From contig DF236954.1 of NCBI GenBank assembly GCA_000708835.1, forward strand, positions 360,052-423,914: a stretch of 63,863 nucleotides of DNA. The letters run 5' to 3'. Positions within the stretch are counted from its first letter, which is position 1; every line of letters starts with the position of its first letter. The notes beneath the pieces are model-generated. The model searched no databases and had not been told where the DNA came from. It saw only the letters and a program-made list of their open reading frames with translations. This document shows positions 10,318 through 22,700 of this stretch, piece after piece. A program made the position numbers and the translations under genes. This stretch comes from Klebsormidium nitens (Eukaryota; Plantae; Klebsormidiophyceae).

Positions 10318-13300
10318 ATGGTCGATAGCTCTCTCAGTGGTGTTCCCAGCACACCGTCTATGGCTGCAGCTAGTAGCGCTCATATTGGGGCAGGGGTTTT
10401 GCACCATAGGGAGAAGCCAATGTCTCCGAAGGGCCTGGACTACCTCCCTAAGGGGCCCTTTGTTTTCCACGCTGACCCCCCGGCCGACTTGAACAAGAAT
10501 ACGTCGTGGCTGCTGTATCCGGGCATCTGGACCTCGTACGTGCTCATCATTGGCTTTGTGTGGATGTTGTTTGTGAGCCTGGGCGGTGTGCCCTCGGGAC
10601 TGGCGTGGACCTACGTGCACCTTCTGCACTTTGTGGTGAGCTTCAGCGTCAGGAGCGGCTGATCTCAATTGTTATTTTTGGAATTTTGGAAATTGCAACA
10701 AACATTTCCCCTCCTGGTAATTTTTGGTGGCAAATCAGATGTTTTTAAGCTGATGGCATAATGGCTGATAGGACTTCGGTCGAGAATGAATTGGAGGAGC
10801 TTCATGTAATTGCATCATGGAGACGACTCGCTCTTGTGGTACTGTGTGCTGATATTGCCCGAGACTCTTGCATGTTATTGGTGGGCTCACTAAACTAATC
10901 TTTCCAAGGGTTTCCTCATGAGGCACTCAACACCAAGCAACATTTCTTTTCTCTGGATACCGCAGCTCATTTCACTTACGTTCCTGCGCTGGCACGAGCC
11001 TTGTCGATTATGGAGGTCACTCGGATGTTGCCATGGTTGAAGTTTAAGAACCCTAGACTTGTGGGGTCATGTTGCCCCTTGAAGCGTTGGCACTTTTCTG
11101 AGTTAAGGCACCCATTTAATGCTGGAGACATAACACAGTTCTTCCCAATCGGGTGACCCTTGCATAGCGTGATGTGACCAATTGCACCTTCGTATGCTGG
11201 GCTGGTCTCGGTGCCACTGTTTGAGCGGATCACTGTGAATTGGCCACTGTTCGTCTGCTAAAGCCTGTGGCACTCATTAAGTCTGGCACAGATACTCACC
11301 GGCCTTTTATTATTCCGCCATAGCCTTGAGCGACAGAATGTTAAATACTTTTGCAGAGAATTACAAGACTTTAGTTACTCCGATCGCCATGTCCTTCTGG
11401 GTAGACATGGCATGCTTTCAGATCGTGATCATTGATGATTTCACATGGGCACCCCAATGGAACCTAGTCAATTGATAGTTCTCCTGTTCAATTCGCTGAC
11501 AGTTCCTGCAGACCTCGTCTTTGGTGCAGCTGAGTGACTCAGCTTTGGGGTCTTGAGCTATGCTGTGGCTTTGTGTCTTTTCATGAACGTCCGTGGGGTT
11601 TTCCTGTTTGGTTGTTTTCAAAATCTCCGCTCAGCCTGCCTTCTCAGCATGTTGTTAAGTGTCCCCACGGGACTTCCTCGTACCATCTGACATCTTCAGT
11701 CTTTGGTTGTCGTCTTCGCATCCCCTATCATCGCGAGTTGCGTCTGCGTGCCTCTTTCCTTGCCTGTGATGACAATAAGACATGCTCAGAAGTGCCCCTT
11801 TTAAAGTTCCTGGCTGTGATCCTGTGTGAGCAATGAACCAACTAAGGCCTGTGACGGGTTACGCTCTCCTGTCAAAACTCGAGATGCAGTCTCTCACAAG
11901 ACTCTTATGGAAGCTTTTCAGAACGACTATGAAAGCAATTGTCTGACATTGAAACGTACTCGCGCTAAAACATTAGATAGGAAGCTCATTGTCCAATAAA
12001 TCTTCATTGGTCTCAGCGGGCCTCCCTCGTCTAGTCCCCTTAGCTCAGGCCTGCGCATTCTCCTCTTTCTAAGCCCAGGGATTGACTTTTTGGCGTAGCA
12101 TCACCTGCCTTCTCCCCCCTCTTGGTGTGATGCACCCAGAACGAGCCAATTCAACAGGTATATCTGTGCCTCTGTCTTAGTAACAGAAGCCCCCCTAGCC
12201 ACAGCCTCAAGGCACTTGTCCTGCTGAGACACGGCACACCTCTCCTGCTTTCCGGAAGAAAACCCAGCCCTTTCATCTCTTGTGCCCATTGACCCCATCT
12301 CAGTTCTGTGCCCTTCATCCCCCCCTTTATCCCCTCGATATTGCATGTGTACCGCAGCTTTCACCACTCTAATCGTTCTTTCGTCATCACGAATTGCCCA
12401 CACATTCCCAGACACCACATGTGTAAACGAAGGTCAAATTCCTCCTACGGTCCCCAACCCCCCTCCGTTCCCCGAAGCTGCGTAATTGTTCATGTGTCTT
12501 CGCTTGTGTGCAGTCCACACTGCACTGGCTTTCGGATCAAAGCTCCTCTCCTTTCAGAAGATGCTTCTCTCTTCTGTCCTTGCCTGCCGACTCAGCTGCG
12601 AACAGCACGTTCCTCTCGCTAACAGTGTGTACAGACTCCTCCTAGTCGAACGAGTACTTTCTTTTGTTGTACTGAGTTTCACATATTCCCCTCTACTTTC
12701 CAACGTCATTTTAACAAACTTCTGCCCCTCACATAGCAGTTTCCCGACCTCCTCAAACCTTTGCTGACCTCCTGTGCGCTTTGCTTGTTTGCAGATTACT
12801 TTCTACCTGCTCCACTGGAGGAAAGGCTCCCCGTTCGGCGAGGACCAGGGGATCTACGACCGGCTGACCATGTGGGAGCAGATCGACGATGGCGTACAGT
12901 TCACGAGGACCAAGAAGTTCTTCACCGCGGTCCCTGTGGTGCTGTGAGTGGCTTGTTCTTCCTTTTTCGCTCCCTTTTCTTGGTTTTCGTTTATCCTTCC
13001 ATCAAGCCTGAATCACGTGGGATGGAGCAAGGCTCCATCAAGAATGAATCGCGTGGAACCAAGGAAGCATTGATCACGGTCGCTGTGGTGCTTGAAACGC
13101 CTTTTTCGCTTCGTTCTTAGTTCAGTTTCGTGGGTCCCGTTCGTTGTCGCGTTGCTGTGATTGCAAACAAAGAATTGCCCGCATGACGGCATGATGCTGT
13201 CCTCGCTTCTTCTTGCCTTTCTACGTTTCTGGCACTCGGGCGAAGAAGTACATCTCGAAAATTTGATTCTGCTGCCCGGAATCTGTTCGCATTTTGGGCT

Positions 13301-14119
13301 TCCATATCTTGCATTGTCTTATTTTGTGCTGTGTTTCACCTGCGCTGAGCAGCATGGAGAAAAGCCGTTTTCCTCTCTTATCGGATCTTCGGTGTTGTGC
13401 ACTGACTGCGGCCCGACATCTTCAGATTGGTGGTTTCTTGTGCTCCAAATGAAAACGTACTGGAGTGCCTGTTCAACATCAGCGTTGCTTTCATCTCTCT
13501 CCGTGTGCCGGTGAGAAAAGAAGAGTCGCCGACTTGGGTGCTCTCGTGCGTGCTTGTAGCGATCGGCAAAAAGGAAAACGGGCGCTTTAGGTACATGGAA
13601 GGCACGAATTAAACGAGTCGTTTCTTTTACAGCGAGAGTGTCTTGGCACGATCTTTTGCTGGTTAGGCTCGCGACGGATTGTGACGCCTCCTTAGTCTTC
13701 CCCTCTCCAATCTGCCGACAACTTGACAATGGCCTCGATTGCCTTACAAAGTATCTGGTCATCTTTTCTGTTGCAGCCTCTGTCAGCGACCGGTTGCCTT
13801 TCAATCTAGGTTTTGAATCCAGCGAGGCGTTCTTCGAAGGAGTACCCTCTCTCTCGTGACGTGGCTTTTGGTCTGTCCTGGCAGTCATTATTCCGCTGAT
13901 TCCACGGAGCTTGTTTTTGATTGTTATCCTCCTCTGAACCTGCTGACCCTCGTTCGGTTCTTCTTTTGCAGCTTCTTGATCGCGTCCCATGCTACGGACT
14001 ACCACGATCATCCATTCTTTGCGCTCAACGTCCTGGCCGTGGGTATCTTGCTCCTCGCCAAGACTCCCATGCTGCACAAAGTCCGGATCTTCGGTATAAA
14101 CTCCGACTATCCGTCCTAG
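10318..14119 (+). CDS. ORM: ORMDL/ORM1 family sphingolipid (SPT) regulator
   Basis: Exons 10318-10635, 12795-12943, 13972-14119, phase-consistent. Motifs DLNKNTSWLLYPGIW, LHWRKGSPF...DRLTMWEQID.GVQFTRTKKF, AKTPMLHKVRIFGIN. Start codon uncertain (10318, 10360 or 10420). Confidence 0.93.
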
Positions 14120-15699
14120 TCCTTAGGAAAGTCGTTCCCACAAAAGTAATTGGTTGTCAGCCGAGCCAATGCTTGTTGATATAGCAGTGCTGAGAGTAAC
14201 CCACTTCGATCTGAGCGATTGATTTGTATACTAGGCCCTTGATTCATCTCATGCGGGAGACAGCGCGAAAACGCTGGGGACTGGGACTATATTACGTCAT
14301 TGGAGCTTGGTTGGCTCCCCAAACGTAACAAAACGCAAGTCCGGTTACAGTTACGAGGCTTTTCAAAACCGAAGCACCGCATGCAAGCACGTTCCATTCG
14401 GCTCGCACTTCAGACAATCAGCGTCGTTTCTGTCCAGAGAGTATAGAGTAAATGCTTTTTGGCATCGAACTGTTGAGTGTTGCTCAAAGGTCATTGTCGC
14501 TCTATGCAAGCGATGAAGAGCCGGCAATCGTGTTTGACGAGACTGTGATGTCCACATGCGAGAATGAATGCTGTGTGGAATGCATTCCTTACCAAAGTAA
14601 CTTGCATTTATCTGCTCATTGGACCCACGCGTTGACTGCGTGCGGAAAGACACATGATGTCTTCAAGTTGGACGCGTACACGTGCAACATCTACGTGCCA
14701 AGTGTGCACGATGTACGATTGACGCAGAATCTTTACATAAGAGGCTCATTTGATCCAGACTGAACGACGCCAGGCGCATTGGCCATCTGGCTTGTAATAC
14801 TTGGAGAGATGAGATGTCAGTTACGAAACCTAAGCTCAGTTGCGGCCGCAAAGGTGCTATGACGGACTACATTTGGCCAGGTAAAGCGACAGTTATCACT
14901 CTGATTGTGTGCTCAGCTATGCATTTTTACCTTGATTTATACGGAAATCCGCGAACAATCAGTCTGTGACTCTTGTCCCCTGGCTCATCATTGACCGGCC
15001 GCACAATCCTTGAGGCTCGGGTCGAGATCTTGTAAACCGTCGGATGTGCTGACTCAGCACATGGGAATTTAGAAAGTTTCTCACCCGTGAGCTGTGACTC
15101 GCATTGCGCAGTCGCAGACGGGTCGCAGATCGGCGTCGCATTCGTCGCTCGCTTCTAGTTGCTAGCTCCTATCGCTGCATAGCGTGGACGGTGGATCACA
15201 TCTCTCCTAAGGCTACTCGCTGGTCAACAATTCTTCCGCGGTGCATGCACAGCGGTGGCGTGTCCAGCTGCCAAGATGGCGCCTAGCAAGCTGAGGTGGC
15301 TTTTCCGGCCATCAAGCTCCTCTCTGCATGGAGGCCAGATTGCTCCAGCTGGTCGCAGGGCTGGAGCTTTTGAGAAGGGAGTATCCCAACTGTTGTGCAG
15401 TTGGTTTGAACAGGAAGATCACCACATTCTGGTGGCACAACCAAGGAACTTTCAAACACAAGTGTTGTGAAGAGAAGCTCAACCACCAACGATCAGCATC
15501 TACTGTCGACAGCGTATCTTTGCACTAAGGTGTTGCAGCAGCTTTCTAACTAAAAATGGCGATGACAAGCACAAGCTTGGCTAGGACCACCATGGTGGCC
15601 GGTATTGCTGAGAGGAGTGAGTTCTCTGCCTTCAAGCTGCATTGAAAATCAAAAGGGCGTACAAACAAGAGCACTTGTCCTGTACAGATGTCTGGATGC

Positions 15700-16278
15700 T
15701 CATTTGCATGAGGTATTGCAAATTAGAATGCTGACTTTCCATAATCCTCCTTGTGTCACGATTGGGCACAAATCCACTTTGCTCAGAGGTTGTGAATTGG
15801 CTGATATGGGAAAGACTCGTTGCCTTTGAATGTGGGAAACAATTGGTCCAATCGAAGCTTTACATATGCGGTATAGACCACGCTCGTAATGGTGGTGCAA
15901 TGTGAAGGTCTGGTCCTGTGAGCTTCCTGAATAAGCTTGGGTAAGGGAAACAGCCTCAGTAAAGTGCGCAACTGGAGCTTTCATCAACCAAGGAAGAAAG
16001 GACAACGTCAGTCTGTTTGCAGTCGGTTGATTCAGGCTGAGTGTGTCTTGATCCATGCAGGTGTTGGAACCACTGCCGTCACCTCCAGCTCCTTCTTGGG
16101 ACGGTCTGTCTGTGTCCCACGTGCTATTCTCCCAGCCAGGAGGTTCAAGACCCAGAGCATCAGGGCAGATGTAAGTCACGCTTATGTAGTCATTCTCTAA
16201 ATGTCTGAACATGTCTTGTGAGTGTATTTTGATTGCAACAAGGATGAGAAGCCTTTCCAATTCGAGAAGCCTATTCAA
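15700..16278 (-). CDS. Unassigned 192-aa ORF (possible fragment of a spliced gene or a decayed element)
   Basis: Long open frame not explained as antisense to a known exon; no family recognised. Confidence 0.2.
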   Translation of the reverse strand: MNRLLELERLLILVAIKIHSQDMFRHLENDYISVTYICPDALGLEPPGWENSTWDTDRPSQEGAGGDGSGSNTCMDQDTLSLNQPTANRLTLSFLPWLMKAPVAHFTEAVSLTQAYSGSSQDQTFTLHHHYERGLYRICKASIGPIVSHIQRQRVFPISANSQPLSKVDLCPIVTQGGLWKVSILICNTSCK

Positions 16279-16494
16279 TAAGTTCCAAAAAGCCTTTCAA
16301 ATGAAGTTTGGCAACTCCACATTCCCTTCCATTGAAATCCACTTGAGCCTACAAGTTCAGTTCATCCTTCAACATATACCCATTAATATATGCTGAGTGC
16401 GACAAAACTTCCATGCACAATGTGCTTGTCAAGGCCCCAGCTCTTGAGGCCCTGTGAGTCAGAGGTACTCAGACCTTCCCTCCTTTGTCTCAGA

Positions 16495-17979
16495 CCCGGT
16501 CCCCTGCTGAGTCTGCCAAGCAGGGCCTCAAGGAGGGCGTACAGGATGCCAAGAAGCTTGGCAAGGAGGGTGGTTCTGAGGCTAAGGCTCGGGTTGATGA
16601 GGCCAGGAAGGACTTTGGCAGCTCTGTTGAGAACACAACGAGCGAAATGCAGCGTGCTGGGAAGGACATTGCTGGGAACCTCAAGAAGGAGGCCAAGGAT
16701 GTCACAGACCCCGCGGGTGATCTTTTGAAGAAGACTAGGGATGAGGGCCGTGAGGCGAACTCGGAGGTTGCGGAGAAGTATGAGGTGAGTTTGGTTGCTG
16801 CAAGACCTCTGCTGTCGGCTGTATCTCAATGAGAAGGTTCGCGCCTTTGGATTGGCTGGAAAGCTGGCAGAAGTGAATTTGGACCTTTTCACCAATGGTT
16901 GCGCAATGTCCCTGCCAATGGAATTTGTGAGTTCGGATCAAGGCCTACAAGCCTCAATTGTGAAGTGCCTCTCAAGCTGACGTTTACACCAGCTCAGTGC
17001 ACAAGAGCCGCAGCAGCAGTTGTACAACATAGCGCAACATTCGCCTGAGCAGTTGATCTGGATTGAGCAAAAGCGCCATTTCTCGTCAATGCTGGAGCAA
17101 GAACATATATCTAAATCCATCTTCGATCGATTTAGTTGTGCAGAACAGTATACTTGAGTCTCTTCAATTCCGCTTCTCTTTTCACGCAGGATCCCAAGAA
17201 GTTCAACCTGGGAGCGGAAATTGAGGGTTCCGCCGGCCAAGCCTTGGTCGACAACACCGAGAAGGCTAAGAGGACTGCTTCGAAGGCCGGAAATGCCGTT
17301 TCTGAAAGCGCTCAGAGCCAGGGCAAGGAGTTCGTGGACAACGTGAGCAAGGGCTTCTCTGAGGCGGGCGACCGACTGAAGGGCGCTGTCAAGGACACCG
17401 TTCAAGACACCAAGGAATTCTTTGATGCGGACGGTAGGTGTTGCTTCCGTGCTTTAGCGACCTGAGAATGCAGGGCAATTTCCGGAACTTCCTTTTTGGG
17501 GATTGGGATTATCGCCTGTTTTGGAAAGAGCTAACGTTTTGAAAGGTTATTTTGATGTTGCAATCGTTCTGCGTCCTTCCAACAAAGTCAGTATGTTTGG
17601 TTGTGGGATCAGAACATCAGAGCAGCGTGTGATGTGGCGCCTCGTTTTGAAGGGTTCAGTTGTGAAACACTGACCCGTTTAGAAGTGTATTTGGGAGGTT
17701 GACGGCCGATTCTCAGGACGGTGTCCGCTTTCGCGTATTGGACTTCGCTATGATACAGAAGTAACGATAGTGTCATACAACCCCATGTCGCATTTTGGTG
17801 CACTTTGGTGAGTTGACTTTATCAGAGGTTTGTTTCGTGACCCGAAGGGTAGATTGAGATTTTGATTGTTGGCGATCTTTGTTGCAGGCGCAAAGCAGCG
17901 GGTGAAGGAGGGACAAGACTTGGTTGGGAAGAATGTCGACAGCGCAAAGAAGCACGCTCAAGAGGGGTTGGACAAGTAG
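16495..17979 (+). CDS. LEA-like hydrophilin (K/E/A/G-rich, 11-mer-like repeats)
   Basis: Exons ~16495-16784, 17190-17433, 17888-17979 with GT-AG junctions in phase. Sequence includes AKQGLKEGVQDAKKLGKEG...GDRLKGAVKDTVQDTKE...AKKHAQEGLDK*. Start codon not resolved. Confidence 0.75.
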
Positions 17980-19765
17980 AGTATTCGAGCAAAGCGAAAT
18001 GATTGCAGCATGTCACTGTAGGTATGTTGAATGCAAAGCTTCGAACGTGTGCGTTTTGGTGTGAAAAGAAAAATGAAACGAAAGAAGAATAAACGAGAAG
18101 AAGAGTTTGACGCTCACGCAAGAAGCGGATTTTGGCGTTGCAAGTGTTTTAGAATAACCGCAATCTGAGTTGAGTTTGTGCATAGCACTCAAATGTACAC
18201 TTAGATTTAGAAAATAACATTGAATGTGAGCAACGTGTACTAAATCAAGTGTACCGTCGACTGTATACATCTATGTGTCCTTCCGTTGCAAACAGAGGAG
18301 AAATTCTGATGATGTCATGGTAACACTCGACAATTGAAGCGTTGGCATAAATACTCCGAGGAAAGGTAAAAATTGTGTTCCTCGTTTGCTATATTGATAT
18401 GATAATTGGACACCTTTGCACCATGTCACATGGTATGTTACAAATCTAAATTGGGCATACTATAAGCTGGCCATACGTCACTATAATTGTGCAAAATTCA
18501 TTGAGAATGCGTTTATATTAACAATAGCTGAAACTTTTACTGTATAAATGTAAATTGCTCGCGTTGAGCGAGTATCTGAAGTTACATAACTTCCACATGC
18601 ACAATTTCGATTGAATGCAACCGAATATTCGAAATTGGGCCAACAATACGCCTCATGAAATTTCTAGCTCGCGCATCGCATTCTACACACAATATATTGT
18701 GTACAAACATTACTATATTGAAAAGCGGCCTCGCGCTGAGTTGTGATATTCGTGAATTAATAAATCACGTACGGCCGAAATACAGATACTGAGAGATACT
18801 GTACGGATATGTATTCTCTTTGGTAACACACGGCCAGCACAACAGGCAAACCACAAATCTGTCATATAGATAAACATGTTTGGAGTGCTTTACTCCACGT
18901 TTGGATATCTTCTAGCAATATCCTGATAAATGAGACAACCAGCTTTGAAACAGTAATTTGTTTGGATGTTGTCTTAAGCATTGTGGTCAAGCATCTCTGT
19001 TGATCATATTGCTGGGGCCAGCAGATTACTGTGAAAACTTACAGTCAGGCTTAATCTGTGCATCGATTGGATGCATGTGAAGATTTGGAAGTTAGCTAGA
19101 CACTCTATGGCTCGCCTTTCAATGATCGAAGTAAATACCATGCCGCCCCCCAATGAGCACCGCGATGGCAACGGGCCCCCGGTCACTAAATCAGCGGGCC
19201 TGGCCTAGTTTCTACCGCAGTAGGGGCCCGCACTTCAACCGCTGAACTCAAATGTTTACTGCTTCCCACAGTGCAGGCCGTCCTATACAGCAAGGGTGCT
19301 TCAATAGAGATTAAAAGAACGTAAGCTCTGTTGTGGAGTCAGAATAATATTTTGATGGTGCAAACATGGTGGATACCGAGACTACGCTGCCCGCGCTACG
19401 CGCCAAATGACGGATCCTCCACCAAAACGAGCCTATTAGCCCGGGGGTCTGAGGTTTGTGGTTGGTCTACAGCCAATCAATATGGTTTAGTGGCTAAATT
19501 CGACCGTCAACGTCACATGTGCCAGTACGTTCAGTTGTATGTAAGCAGATAACTCGATCCTTCGATGTCATCTTGCACTAGGATAGAAAACTAGTTGGTC
19601 CTGAATGGAAGTTTGACGAACTCCCCGACGTCTGAAAAGCTTTTAAGTTACTCATCACGTCCACAAACAACCTCGAACCTCATGCGGGAATTGAAGTTTC
19701 AAACACTCCGCAACAGCTATCAACTCGTAGAAAAGACCCCGTACTTAGAAATAAGGCAGTTTCGA

Positions 19766-22700
19766 CTATCTCTGCGTTGCAAGAGCATATGCCGCCTTGT
19801 ATATCTGATCGTCATAGAACGTCCCGGTCGAAGGTTGGACGAACAAGTTGGCATTCTCGTTGCGGATCGTTGGGTCGTAGTTTTGGCGGACCGCGATGGT
19901 GTTGGCGGTGCCGGCCAAGCTCAGCTGCAGTGCGTACACGGACCCCTGGATGCCGTCCACGTAGCTCTGGTAGTAGTCCGCCGCGACCTGGGTCGGCAAA
20001 AAAAGCGGTATTATGCATTAGGTTACTCGTTCCGTGAAAGGGAAACATCCCGGAACATCGAGAGACAGGATGACCTGGCCCTATTAGTAATCCGCCGCGA
20101 GGTTTGAAGGGGAGAATTCAAAGGTCTGCGTCAAACCGTATACCAGATGTTTTTGGTGCGCGGATGAGTAACCTTTTCAACCCCATCTTCTTCTCGACGA
20201 TCGGACTGTCAGTGTCAAAGTATAGAGTTACACTAATACCAGGACGCAGACACCAGTAAGTGCGGGTGCATGCCACATTGTAGTGCTTGATAATGGAGAC
20301 CCGGATTTGTGGAAAAAAGGAAACGGGACCAGGCTCTACAATCCCCACTCGCCCCACAGGTGGGCCGCAAGACAACGATGTTCGACCTGCCACTTGCTAT
20401 TGAAACGAGGGAAACGGGAAAAGGGAAATGGGCGCTGATGCATTCCGCTGCAGTAACGGACCCATACCATCGATTATTGACAAGTAGGTATGGGTCAACT
20501 TGCACCGTAGAATAGAGACCCTCTCTCCACCTGCCACGTGTCACGTAAAAGAGAGACCCTCTCTATACCTGCCACGTGTCATGCTAGCGCTTACCGCTGG
20601 GTTCAGGACGTTGTTGGTCTGGATGAAGCTGATGACTGCGGCCTTGTTGGTCGCGTTGTAGATGTAGAGGTTGGCCTTGATGAGAGCCGCGGTTAAGTTA
20701 ACCATCTTGGCGTTGAGCTCGGTCTTGCGGGTGCGGTCGAGGACGTACACCTGGAGAGGAAGAAAAGGGGTTAGTATGCGGTTACGGATCAACCCTTTTC
20801 CTAGACGGATTGCTCTGACACCGATGGAAGACCTGATGGAAAGAGGAAATACCTGGAGACGAAGAATGGGTACACTGAGCGGTAATGATACCACCCTGTG
20901 ACTGATTGAAACCATTGGGATGTCTGATGTCAAAAAACGATGCACCTTGGAAAATGAGATTTGGGGGATTCGTTATGCGGAGGTGATCGAAGTGCTCTGA
21001 ATCGGTTGGCATATGGCATGAAACAACAGGACAGTTTTCGCTGCAAAATGCACCAACGTTTAAGATAACCGTTCTTTGAACGGTGCTCCACTCTGAAAAT
21101 CGTTCCGCTTGATCTTTCAATGATCTTTTATGCAACCTTGGGGGCGGATTCGGAAGAGCGATGCTGCTCCTGGGAAGATGCTTCACGTATTGTATTGTCA
21201 AGAAAGTACGGCGGTGGCGTTTGAGATATACGGTCGAATCCAGTAGCTTGTGCAAGAGCCACAGATGGTCGCCTATCCAGCTTTCAAGGTTCGACTTCAG
21301 CAGCTCTTGCGAAGATGCTCGAAGAAAGAACCGGAGGTATGAGTGCCGATGAGGTCGGTTTGGTCGTCCGATTGCGTTAGAGGCTCTTTATCTATTCTTG
21401 TCATAAAAGCTTTGAGCTTTATGCACAAAATCAGAGCAAAGAAATGATTGCAGGGTGCAGAGGGAGAGTTGCTGAAGCAGGTCGGCCGGCTGGATCGAAC
21501 CGAGCAGGGTCTCGTAAGCATAGTCTGTGGAATACTGAACTTGGCGGACAAAGATCAACCGAAAGAACTTTGAGGCAATTCTAAGAAGCACATTGGCAGA
21601 GATCGGGAAGAATGGAAGGCAGATTTCTTCAAGAAATATGTATGGCCTCGAGCTGCATTTCAGAAGCCAGTATCACCGTCTCCTTGTGAACAGGCATCAA
21701 ATTTCTTAAGACAAGGTCACTGAATTACAAACTCCGGATGGTGTTACATATTCCCGTTTCACAGCGGGAGGCGTCAGATCGTTTTTTTTCAAATCATCGA
21801 AGTGGCACCCTCGAACGATTGAAGCCGTTAATCTCGCAGCGCTCCCTCCGCTCGCACACTTCGGACGGAACGACGCTACCAAAGCAGCGTCCAAGGCCTG
21901 GGACGGGGTCTGATAAAGTGACACCAGCAAAGCAGTGGGGTCAAGTTCGATGCCCTTGGCAGTTTCAGGCGGATTCGAGGGGAAGGCTAAGACCATTCGT
22001 CAGTCCCCTGGATGATCATCACTAAAATGGAGTCAGTGGTGTCAAGATTCAGGACCCTCACCGTGCTCTGGATGGGTGACACCACCTCGCCAATCCGGTT
22101 GAGCAGCAGGATGTCGCTGACGTTTTTGGCGAGGTTCCAGAACGGCGCCTCCAGCATGGCGCCAAACACGGTCTGGCCCGTGGGCGTCCTTCCGGCGACC
22201 AGGTAGTCGTACCGCGCCTGAGCGCTAGGGGAAGCTGCGGGGCTGAAGGTCCCCCCTGCAGGAGTTAAGAGCTTTCAGTATCTCGACAATTGAAAAGAAC
22301 TGAAAGAAGGCTGAGAAAGAAGGCTGAGAAAGGTGTGAAGCGAGTTGAAGTCGCTCTGAGATTGCTCGGGGCGCTGCAATAGGCAGCGGCACTGCAGAGT
22401 GCACCCATGGATGATGAAAAAGTTTCAGAACTTTCAAGCGGCCACTGTGCTGTCATCCTCAGCAGAGAGGAAATTGTTGGTGGATCTGAAAGCGACATTA
22501 CCAAAGCTCCTCAGGAACATGGCATGCTCGATTGCAAACCATCCGGCTCCCTTCCTCAACCAATGCAGACGTGATTTTGGACAAAGTAATGACACTCAAC
22601 CAGGGACAATAAATATCCCTCACCGCTCCAACCCTTTCTCTTGACGTCAATGGCAGGTTTTCCAACTCTCCATGACGAACTTTTGAGGCACATGCTTGTG

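Noticed and set aside
13319-14077. 252-aa minus-strand ORF
   Set aside because: Overlaps ORM intron 2 and exon 3 antisense; no recognisable domain.
19595-20107. 170-aa plus-strand ORF
   Set aside because: Antisense shadow of the last PBP exon.
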